Source: Sphingomonadaceae bacterium
GTDB lineage: Bacteria; Pseudomonadota; Alphaproteobacteria; Sphingomonadales; Sphingomonadaceae
Assembly (NCBI GenBank): GCA_019239915.1
Contig: JAFAZF010000035.1
Location: 7,337 to 71,336, forward strand
Reading direction: 5' to 3'
Length of the DNA: 64,000 nucleotides
In this document: positions 28,021 through 36,041 of the stretch, piece by piece
How the letters are laid out: each line of letters begins with the position of its first letter
Position numbering within the stretch: position 1 is the stretch's first letter
The notes under the pieces: model-generated
Database searches by the model: none
Seen by the model: the letters and a program-made list of their open reading frames with translations, nothing else
Told to the model about the DNA's origin: nothing
Translations under genes and position numbers: made by a program

Positions 28021-28617
28021 CGCGGCGATTGGACTAGTTGCCGCGATCGTTGCGCTTGCGGTGCCTCCGAGGGAGCCCGTATCGACCTCATCGCCAGCGC
28101 GCTCGGGCAGAAGAGCGTCGCGCTGGGTACCTGACGGGACATGAGCAGAGGGCTGGTGTATCTGGCGCTCGCGCCGATGTGCGTCCGCGCCGGTTCGAGC
28201 ATGCGCGTGCGCTCGCCCCACACTGTACTGATGACGTTTGCACGGCGAGGGCGACGCCGACAAGTTCAAAAGCATTTGCGTGTCGCCCCGGTTACGCCGG
28301 CTTACCAAGACCTTACCAGGCTTAACGTGTCAGGGCTGCATGGGGACTAGCCTCATCGGCAGCGTCATCAAGGGGGATGATGGAAGGACGCAAAAAGCAA
28401 CGGGCCGTTCCGCGCCATCATCCTCGATCAGAGCGGGGGAACGGGCGGTTCAGCTCCCGCTGCGCCACGCTAAGAAGCGCGGCTTAATTGCGCGCTAACT
28501 CGAGGGCTACGTTCCGGCCATACTCCAATTTGATCCGGCGCGGGAGATCGCCGTCCCCACGCTTTGGAGGCTACACCAGCGGTCGCACGGGCTCGCTTTT
28601 CGCTCGCGCCGGGCTGA

Positions 28618-28824
28618 TCAGCTCTGGGCTTTTCCGTCACAATAACCTTTCGGATCGGCGATCCAGCGGCTGACAGCGGATTCGTACCAGCCAGTGCCGT
28701 GGATGCTGATCGGCACGCGTCCGGGAAAGCTCCCTTCGTTCATCTTGCGATACAGAGTGGAGCGGGAAAGGCCGGTGCGATCGAGCACGGTCTTCAGGCG
28801 GATGATCCTTTCGGGGTTTGACAT
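28618..28824 (-). CDS. alpA: AlpA-family (MerR-like) phage/island transcriptional regulator
   Basis: Track ORF 28618..28962 trimmed to ATG 28824: MSNPERIIRLKTVLDRTGLSRSTLYRKMNEGSFPGRVPISIHGTGWYESAVSRWIADPKGY, 68 aa, a canonical AlpA HTH. Confidence 0.85.
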   Translation of the reverse strand: MSNPERIIRLKTVLDRTGLSRSTLYRKMNEGSFPGRVPISIHGTGWYESAVSRWIADPKGYCDGKAQS

Positions 28825-29408
28825 GAGACGACCTTCCACTTCTATCAACGAGCGATGCTCCCCGGGACTAGATGCGCTGATCTCGTATCGGACCGCTAGC
28901 GTCTCTCCGCCGACTCTCGCCGCCGTTGGCGGCAGCACGGTGCACTCACGATCAATGAGCATCCTGCTGCTCGCTATCGAACGGGCGCTTGCCCGTACTT
29001 GAGTGCGCGCTTTGCGACGGTTTGGCCGCGCATTTCACCTGCGCGGTAGTATTGCTTCCGCGGCCTTAAGCAACCACCTTTGGATCTTGAAGAAATCAGC
29101 GGCATTCGAACCTAAGTAAGAGCACGGATAAGTCGATGAGTCAGGAGGTCATTTAGCGCGATGCTAATTGATGTGGAGTAAAGGCGCATCTCTCCGTGAA
29201 TGTGATGAGGGAATGTGGAGAAGCCTTCCCGCGGAATGTCATAAAGACCTGACAGTACGGAAGGATCGCCAAAAATATCGATAAATGAATCCATCTCACG
29301 TAGAAACGTTCGGACCCTTAGCCTCTATAGATTTGCTGGCAACGGTGTGATCCTATGATCCCACCTGCGTATTTGAGGATCTCGGTGTCACAATGAGGAT
29401 GGCCTACC

Positions 29409-32300
29409 TCACATCCCTATACTGATGCCGCGGCTCCGCCCGCGCCCCACGAGGTCGCTCAAGCATTGTCCGATGCTTCGTTCGCTATGTGCAGGCAGAC
29501 CAAGCGCAGCCTTGCGGTTGCGCAAGATAGATTCGACCTGCGGATCGCGTTCCAGGCTCTTCGCCATACCCAACATGCGATCCGCGACTTTGCGGGCGCG
29601 GCCTTCTTCATAGTCGCGAAGGAGCAGGCGTCGCTGCCGTTCAAGCGCCTGCCAACGCTGGATGAACGTGTCGGCCCGGAGCTGCGGGTTGTCGCGCATC
29701 TCGGCTTCGAGCTGCATGGCACGCAGCGTTGCTGACGTTCTGCCTTTCGCTGCTTCGGCGATCAGGTTGTTATCATTTGACAGCGCCATCTCGAGATCGA
29801 TGCGTCCGTTCGGCTGGATGGCGTCGAGACTAGCACGGCTCGCTGCAAGCTCCCGACGCTGCTCGTCGGAGTAGGGATCACCTACCGAATGGGAGAACCG
29901 CATGGCTTCCACGATCCTGGCGTGGCGGGTCACCGCAGCCGCAAGCTCCGGCCTACTCCAAGTATTAGCTGCCGGAGCCGCCCCGACCTTTTCGACGACC
30001 GCGCCGCTTTCCAGCTGCGCAGCCGGACGCAGCTTCAGGCCCGCAAACATATCTCGTGAAGGCTGTGCTTTTGGCGGCGCCACGATGATCTGCCGCCGAT
30101 CGCCGAAATCGCGGGCATAATCCGACGCCATGTCCTTCTGCCGCTCGCGCGACAGCGTGCGGGTGAGCTTGTCGCTATCGTCAAAGTCATCACTGCCATA
30201 GTGAAGCTCGACGCTCTCGCGATGCCGTGACAACGCGACATAGGCGGCGTGGCGGTCGAGCCCTGGCGTCGCCAGCACATAGGCGCGATCCACCGTCACG
30301 CCCTGCGCCTTATGAATGGTGGCCGCATAGCCATGATCGACCTTGGCATAGTCCTTGAGGTCGAAAGCAACAGCGCGGCCGTCATCGAGCATTACCGCCA
30401 TGCGCGCCGTGCTGACGCTCTCGACGGTGCCGATGCTGCCGTTCTTCACGCCCAGGCTGCGTTCGTTCTGCAAGAACATGATCCGATCACCGGGCGCGAA
30501 CAGCCGCTCACCGCGATCCGTCGTGATCGCCACATCCTCGCCGAGCCGTTCCACTCGCCGTAGCCGCTCACGGGCAAGCTCGTTGAGCGCCTGCACCTCA
30601 TTGCGTGTGTGGGTGAGAATGATGCGGCTGGCCTCGGGTGCCGCAGCGCGTTCCCGCTCCCAACGATCGATCAGCTCGGCACGCGCAGCTTCACGCGTTT
30701 CGGCGGCATGCACATGCCCCGCCTGCTCATAGGCGGCGAGCGCCTCGCCCGTGCGGCCGGTAGCGAGCTGACGGGTGGCATCGCGCTGCCATGCGTAGCG
30801 CTGCCGGCGGATGTCAGTGATCTCAACGTTGCCGTGACGCTCGGCGATCGAGCGGAACGCCGCGCCCGCTTCGATCGCCTGCAGCTGTTCCCGATCGCCG
30901 ACCAGCACGAGCTTGGCGCCACCCTGCTCGGCCTCGCGCACGATCCGCTCCATCTGCCGCGAGCCGATCATGCCGGCCTCGTCGATGACGAGCACGTCGT
31001 TGGGGCTGAGCTGCTCGCGTCCTTGCGCCCACTGATGCTCGATGCTGGCGACGGTGCGCGATGCGATGCCCGATCCGCTCTCCAAATTCTCGGCAGCGAT
31101 TCCGGACAGCGCCAGCCCCTGAACCCGATAGCCAGCGCTCTCCCACGCCTCCCGCGCCACACCGAGCATTGCCGACTTTCCGGTGCCGGCATAGCCGACG
31201 ATCACGCCAAGACCACGCCCGTCCGTGACATGCTCGAACGCGCATCTCTGCTCTGTCGACAGGGACATTCCGCGCCGTTCGGCAGCGACAAGCGCGCGCT
31301 CCCGATCCTGCTCGCGCACGACATGATGCGAGCGCGCCGCCATGGTCGACGTGGCGCGCTCCAGCCGCGCTTCGGTGTCGATCATGTCGCGGCTGGTGAA
31401 GCGCTGTTCACCGCGTCCGTCTCTGCCCAACGTGATCAACTCGGGCGACGCCTTCACCGCCGCGAGCACGCGATCGAACTGCTCTTTACCCTCGCTGTGC
31501 CGATGCACGAACATAGCGAGGTCTCGGTTGGTGAACGTCGCCTGCCCCTTGGTGATCGCGTCCAGCGCGAGCGAAGGGTTGGCGATGATCTTCTCGCCGT
31601 TTGATTGCGCGATCTCGCGATGCTCTTCGACCCGTTCGATCGCGAGCCCCTGTGCGGCCATGCGCATGGCGGCAGGGCCGATTTTGTTCTGCGGCTCAAG
31701 GTCGACGCCCTGCGCCTCAAGCGAGCGATGATCGACCCGCGCGTCTATATCGAGCGACGCGAGCCGTTCGTTGACATGATCAGCCCACGCTTCACGCCAA
31801 TGCTCCAGCAGCTCGGTTCGGTTCCACTCCCGGACCTTTGCGCCGAATCCCTCCTCGCCGACGCTGCGCATGCCCAACATGACATGTGCGTGCGGCTTGG
31901 CTTCGCCGTCGCTGCCGATATCCCAATGCACATTGAGATCGGCGACCATGCCGCGTGCGACGAACTCGCGCTGCACGAAGTCGCGCGCGAGCCGGACGGC
32001 TCCGGCCTGGTCCAGCTCGCGCGGCAGCGCGAACTCCACCTCGCGCGCGAGCTGCGCGTCCTTGCGCACCTCGGCTGCTTCGACGGCATTCCACAGCCGC
32101 TCGCGGTCATGCCATTCTTCCGGCGCGCCACCCGGCAACATCACCTCGGAGTGGATGACGCCGGCTTTATTGGAGAACTCGTGGGCACGCCCGAGCCGCT
32201 CGTCATAGAGCCGCGCCGTCGAGCGATACGCCGCCGCCGCGAGCGCGCTGGAGCCTGCGGCGCGCGAGATCACCTTTGCGGAGAAATGGTAGATCGCCAT
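29409..32300 (-). CDS. traA: Ti-type conjugative relaxase/helicase TraA (MobA/MobL relaxase + RecD-like helicase)
   Basis: Trimmed to ATG 32300: MAIYHFSAKVISRAAGSSALAAAAYR (catalytic Tyr), histidine motif KPHAHVMLG, Walker A VGYAGTGKSAML, C-terminal helicase motifs (TIHKAQGVTVD). 963 aa. Confidence 0.9.
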   Translation of the reverse strand: MAIYHFSAKVISRAAGSSALAAAAYRSTARLYDERLGRAHEFSNKAGVIHSEVMLPGGAPEEWHDRERLWNAVEAAEVRKDAQLAREVEFALPRELDQAGAVRLARDFVQREFVARGMVADLNVHWDIGSDGEAKPHAHVMLGMRSVGEEGFGAKVREWNRTELLEHWREAWADHVNERLASLDIDARVDHRSLEAQGVDLEPQNKIGPAAMRMAAQGLAIERVEEHREIAQSNGEKIIANPSLALDAITKGQATFTNRDLAMFVHRHSEGKEQFDRVLAAVKASPELITLGRDGRGEQRFTSRDMIDTEARLERATSTMAARSHHVVREQDRERALVAAERRGMSLSTEQRCAFEHVTDGRGLGVIVGYAGTGKSAMLGVAREAWESAGYRVQGLALSGIAAENLESGSGIASRTVASIEHQWAQGREQLSPNDVLVIDEAGMIGSRQMERIVREAEQGGAKLVLVGDREQLQAIEAGAAFRSIAERHGNVEITDIRRQRYAWQRDATRQLATGRTGEALAAYEQAGHVHAAETREAARAELIDRWERERAAAPEASRIILTHTRNEVQALNELARERLRRVERLGEDVAITTDRGERLFAPGDRIMFLQNERSLGVKNGSIGTVESVSTARMAVMLDDGRAVAFDLKDYAKVDHGYAATIHKAQGVTVDRAYVLATPGLDRHAAYVALSRHRESVELHYGSDDFDDSDKLTRTLSRERQKDMASDYARDFGDRRQIIVAPPKAQPSRDMFAGLKLRPAAQLESGAVVEKVGAAPAANTWSRPELAAAVTRHARIVEAMRFSHSVGDPYSDEQRRELAASRASLDAIQPNGRIDLEMALSNDNNLIAEAAKGRTSATLRAMQLEAEMRDNPQLRADTFIQRWQALERQRRLLLRDYEEGRARKVADRMLGMAKSLERDPQVESILRNRKAALGLPAHSERSIGQCLSDLVGRGRSRGISIGM

Positions 32301-32329
32301 GACGGCAATCCACTTACACTTCAAAGCGC

Positions 32330-32358
32330 ACGTCGGCACGACGTATAAGCGCGCCCTC
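32330..32358 (+). other. origin of transfer (oriT) core: inverted repeat plus MOBQ/Ti-type nick region
   Basis: ACGTCG-GCA-CGACGT (32330-32344) is followed immediately by ATAAGCGCGCCCT/C (32345-32358). As I recall them, the RSF1010 nick region is TAAGTGCGCCCT/C and the rhizobial/Ti oriT core is CGACGTATAATTGCGCCCT. The site lies in the traA-traC divergent intergenic region, as in Ti plasmids. Confidence 0.7.
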
Positions 32359-32470
32359 ACAAGAAATATCCTGTGAGAGACTGGGGCGTACCACCTTGTC
32401 TCAACAACTTTACAGCATTCCGCGATCGACTGCATTATCTTTGCTGCATCACTTCCAACCGGAGACACTG

Positions 32471-32777
32471 ATGCGCAAGCCGAGAGACTTTGACACGGAG
32501 CTGAAGACGCTTACTACCAAGGTCAGCAAACTCAAGGAACGCCGCGTGCATCAGCTTGGCGAGCTGGTCGCGGCAACCGGCGCTGATGCGCTCAATCCCG
32601 AGCTGCTCGCCGGTGCGCTGCTCGACGCTGCGAGCACCAAAGATGCGGCGACGAGGGAGGACTTGGCGTCAGCGTGGCGCTGCGTTCTTTCAGGCGAAGT
32701 TGGACGTCTCGCGCCGCCGCGCTCGCGCGGAGCCAACCGGCGGAGCGGAGCGCGAGGGCGGCGGCGCGGCGGCTTGA
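32471..32777 (+). pseudogene. TraC-like conjugal transfer (oriT accessory) protein with a 1-nt frameshift near 32663
   Basis: ATG 32471: MRKPRDFDTELKTLTTKVSKLKERRVHQLGELVAATGADALNPELLAGALLDAASTKDAATRED. The next frame then gives WRQRGAAFFQAKLDVS...stop at 32777. An extra t between gac (32660-32662) and tgg (32664-32666) separates them. Confidence 0.6.
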
Positions 32778-32799
32778 GGCACAAAAGGCGCGCACCGAC

Positions 32800-33033
32800 A
32801 TGCGGGAATGGGCAATCAAACGCCGCGAACGCACCCGCCACCTGATCGAACTGGGCGGGCTCGCCGTCAAAGCAGGTCTGGCGGACTTGATCGCCGACGA
32901 TCGCGCCGCAATCTATGGTGCGCTACTGGATTGCGCGGGCCGATTGGGTGGTGACGATCACGACCAGGTGCTCATGCTCTGGAAACGCAGAGGAAAGCGC
33001 GCGTTCGAGAGTGAAAGCGAGCAAGCGCGATGA
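32800..33033 (+). CDS. traD: TraD-like conjugal transfer protein (Ti-type small TraD)
   Basis: MREWAIKRRERTRHLIELGGLAVKAGLADLI... The RxRTRxLIELGGLxxKAGL core is typical of Ti-type TraD. The start is uncertain: the track ORF opens at 32674, and ...AERSARAAARRLEAQKAR may belong to the protein. Confidence 0.7.
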   Translation: MREWAIKRRERTRHLIELGGLAVKAGLADLIADDRAAIYGALLDCAGRLGGDDHDQVLMLWKRRGKRAFESESEQAR

Positions 33034-33784
33034 CTATCAACCATCTTTATAACTAGCCGCTGTTCCCCTATTCGAGCGAACGGAGGCGGAGAATTTCCTC
33101 CAATCGGCCACCTCGGCACGGCGGCTTACGGATCCGCAGCTTGTGTCGGCGCAGTTCGACGTATCGAGCCGGAGCACAGCATCGCCGAGCTCGAAGCGAT
33201 TGCCCGGCCGCGATTGACACCGTTCATCATCGGTTATGTTGATGAGACTCCAGCCGGCAATCGCGCCACAATCCCGATGCGGCGTTCATCCTCTGCCATT
33301 GTGACAAGCCGCGCATTCGACGGGTCGTGTCGCCCTCCGCGGTCATGGCGATCGCTACATCATCGATGCAAGCCGGAAAGGCCCAGCACTTGGGTGGGCT
33401 GCGACGATGCCGAGGGAGCGTTGGCCGCGGATTTAGAACGACAGGGAGCGCTGATACGCCGGAGCCATGGTCAAGCTCGCGGCCGCGGCTACCGATCCAA
33501 GCTCGAACGGCCAATAAGCGGCTGCGACGACAGACTTGAGCCGCCTGCGCCCGAGATGCACGTCGCGCGTGCCGAACAGCAACCAAGATTAGGAGAGCTT
33601 GCGAGGGTGTTTTTCGAGATGACCAGGAGCCTCGCATCGTTGATGAACAACGCTTCCTGCATGGCTCGTGCGCCGTCTGGCTGCGTGTGCCCGTGACTGG
33701 CGCCGTAACGACACTATCGGCGAGCTGCGCGATCCTCGATTTCTCCTGGTAGCTCGCTCATCACCAGGAAGTGGATCACACCCC

Positions 33785-33993
33785 ATGTCGAACCCCGAGA
33801 GGATCATCCGGCTGAAAACCGTGCTTGATCGTACCGGCCTTTCCGGACGACGCTCTATCGCAAAATGGGAGAGGGAACGTTTCCTGCTCGCGTGCCGATC
33901 AGCGTCCACGGAACTGGCTGGTATGAGTCCGCCGTCAACCGCTGGATTGCCGATCCTAAGGCATATCGGGCCATGAAGAGCGATCCAAGCTGA
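33785..33993 (+). pseudogene. alpA: second AlpA-family regulator gene, 1-nt deletion at 33845-33846
   Basis: MSNPERIIRLKTVLDRTGLS, then after the frame change TTLYRKMGEGTFPARVPISVHGTGWYESAVNRWIADPKAYRAMKSDPS-stop (33991-33993). The 209-nt span is not a multiple of 3. About 80% nucleotide identity to 28618-28824, in inverted orientation. Confidence 0.7.
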
Positions 33994-34114
33994 GCCGCAC
34001 GGAGGAGGCGTTTCTGCATGGCGGAGAAAGAATATCGCGGCGAAGCGCCGACCCAGCCTCGTAAGCTCAACCTTCGGAAGGAATCTGCCGCTCGGAACCC
34101 TTGGGTCCAATGGC

Positions 34115-35431
34115 TTACACCGTCAGATTTGAGGAGCTTGCGCCTCCGCTTGTCGAAGATCGGCTCGCAGGTTCCTCAGCGATAGCAGCGCATTGCTCCT
34201 TCTCGCCTCCGCCGAGAAATTTCGCCCAATCTTCCATCAAAGGCCGGCGCCGCTCAATGGCGGCGCCGCGGCGGTAAGCACGCTCGGCCTTGTTGCTGAT
34301 GGTGTGAGCCAAGGCTTGCTCGATCAGGTCGCGCGGAAACTCGGTCGCATCGCCCGCCCAGTCGCGAAAGGTGCTGCGCATGCCGTGCGTGGTGACCGTC
34401 ACACCCATACGCCGCAGCAACATCGCCATGGCCATATTTGAGCGCTGCGCGCCACCAACGGCGAAGATGCGCTGATCATCCTCAGGCTCTTCCGGGCAGA
34501 GCGCGAGCAAGATATCGATTGCAGCCCGCGCGAGCGGGACGACATGCTCAGCACCCGCCTTCATACGCTTCGCAGGAACCGTCCAGAGCTTCTGTTCAAA
34601 GTCGATCTCGCCCCACGTCGCGCCGAGCACCTCGCCGGATCGCGCGGCAGTCAGAATGGTGAACTCGAGCGCACGTGCCGCCAAGGCCGATCGCTGGCGC
34701 AGCTTCGCTATGAACATCGGCGCATCCCGCCAGGGCAGGGCACCATGATGGCCGCGGACGAGCTTAGGGCGCCGTGGTAGCAGCATCTCCAGGTGCCCCT
34801 TCCACAATGCGGGGTTCTGCGCTTCGATCGGACGCAAGCTGCGCGCCTTAGCCGCCGCCAAGATCCGCTCGATCCGCCCGCGCACACGGCTTGCGGTCTC
34901 CGGCTTGGAAAGCCAGATCGGCTGAAGCACCGCGAGAACGTCCTCGGTGCCGATCTCCGCAATCGGCTTGTCCTTCAGGCTCGCCGCATGATCTCGCAGC
35001 GACGTGCGCCACTGCCTGCGGTGGATCTCGTTCTTCCAGCCGCCTTCGATGCTTTCGATGTAAGCGTCAGCGAAGGTGCCGAAGGTGGTGATTGGAGAGG
35101 CCTGGTTCGACGCCTTTGGCGCGAGCACCGCGCGCGGCTCGCCGCCCGTCGCAATTGCCTCGCGCATCTCGCTCGCGAGCTTACGCGCGGTCGCGAGCGA
35201 CACAGCCGCCTCCGGACCTAAACCAATCTCGGCTCGCTTACCGCGGCTCGCTGCCATGAAGACCCAACAGCGCGCGCCCGCAGGTGTAATCCTCAGGTAA
35301 AGGCCACCGCCATCGGCGTGACGGCCCACAGCTTTTAGGGACGCCACCTTGCGTGCGGAAAGACGGTTGAAAGCGCGTGCCACGAAACCCTCCGCATAAC
35401 GCTTCGGCCTGATCCTCGTGCCCACTTTCAT
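34115..35431 (-). CDS. int: tyrosine recombinase/integrase (P4-like)
   Basis: Trimmed to ATG 35431. N-terminal arm-binding pattern LKAVGRHADGGGLYLRITPAGARCWVFMAASRGKRAEIGLGPEAAVSLATAR. Catalytic region ...TAARSGEVLGATW...HGMRSTFRDWA...LAHTISNKAERAYRR (R..HxxR..Y). Confidence 0.9.
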   Translation of the reverse strand: MKVGTRIRPKRYAEGFVARAFNRLSARKVASLKAVGRHADGGGLYLRITPAGARCWVFMAASRGKRAEIGLGPEAAVSLATARKLASEMREAIATGGEPRAVLAPKASNQASPITTFGTFADAYIESIEGGWKNEIHRRQWRTSLRDHAASLKDKPIAEIGTEDVLAVLQPIWLSKPETASRVRGRIERILAAAKARSLRPIEAQNPALWKGHLEMLLPRRPKLVRGHHGALPWRDAPMFIAKLRQRSALAARALEFTILTAARSGEVLGATWGEIDFEQKLWTVPAKRMKAGAEHVVPLARAAIDILLALCPEEPEDDQRIFAVGGAQRSNMAMAMLLRRMGVTVTTHGMRSTFRDWAGDATEFPRDLIEQALAHTISNKAERAYRRGAAIERRRPLMEDWAKFLGGGEKEQCAAIAEEPASRSSTSGGASSSNLTV

Positions 35432-36041
35432 GCCCACTTGCAACCGCGCTTTAACGGCATTCAGCGGAACGCAGTGGAATGAACGTTTCGCCTCCTGTGA
35501 AATGAAGACCCGCAATATCAACAATTTGTTACTGACCAAGAGGTTTCATCTCGGCGCAACATGAGGCGCATTAGAAGGACTCCGTCTCCGCCAGCGCTTC
35601 GCTAAGCGCCTGAAACGGCAGGAACATTGGCAGAGCGGCGCTTGCGGCGGCAGCTTTGCGACAATGTGTGCTACATAAATCTCTCGCCCACCAGTGCAGC
35701 GCGTCGCTAAGCATCTGATCCGTCGCGGGAGCGATTTCACCCGCCGTCGGAGCATTCCTGCCTATGCCCGCGAGGCGTTCGCGGGTTGCGGGAATATGTG
35801 CGCAGCCTTGGCGACATCTCACTCGGGCGGGCGAAGCGCATTAGCCTCCCCTCCGATAAGAATATTCTTTGCACCACGGACCGTTCGGCTAGGATCACCT
35901 TGAGACCAGCCGAAGATGTCAGATGTATATTACGTACGACCGCGTTTCAACGATCAGTCCGCTAGGCTTGAGGATATCCTTGCGGTAGCGCACGTCATCT
36001 TGTGCGCTGGCGGAACTCCTGGGGCGTTGACCCATTAACGG

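Larger units (their letters stand above)
28618..35539. mobile_element. degenerate integrative mobilizable element (integrase, AlpA x2, TraA relaxase, oriT, TraC/TraD); boundaries approximate
   Basis: Co-localised integration and DNA-processing genes, an AT-richer spacer at 28963-29408, several pseudogenes. No T4SS/T4CP genes, no flanking tRNA, and no direct repeats found by eye. Confidence 0.65.

Noticed and set aside
28380-28620. Possible structured RNA or att site left of alpA-1 (palindromes such as AACGGCCCGTT and GCGGG...CCCGC)
   Set aside because: These are only short palindromes of the kind expected by chance in high-GC DNA. No matching direct repeat was found at the other end of the element by eye.
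29101-29112. ggcattcgaacc, which resembles a tRNA T-loop (reverse complement GGTTCGAATGCC)
   Set aside because: The flanking bases do not form a T-stem, acceptor stem or anticodon arm, so it is not a tRNA or an obvious tRNA fragment. No tRNA was found next to the integrase either (35432-36041 checked by eye).
30609-32348. Two + strand ORFs (331 and 247 aa) inside the island
   Set aside because: Antisense to traA, whose relaxase and helicase motifs are unambiguous.
33034-33784. ORFs 33214..33696 (+) and 33227..33637 (-) in the gap between traD and alpA-2
   Set aside because: They mutually overlap on opposite strands, are Arg/Ser/Cys-rich, and I recognise no motif in any of the frames I hand-translated. 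The region is treated as decayed non-coding island DNA. It sits where traG would be expected.
35546-35822. 69-83-aa minus-strand ORFs just beyond the integrase start
   Set aside because: They might be a small island gene or part of the disrupted target. There is no motif, they overlap alternative frames, and nothing supports a call.
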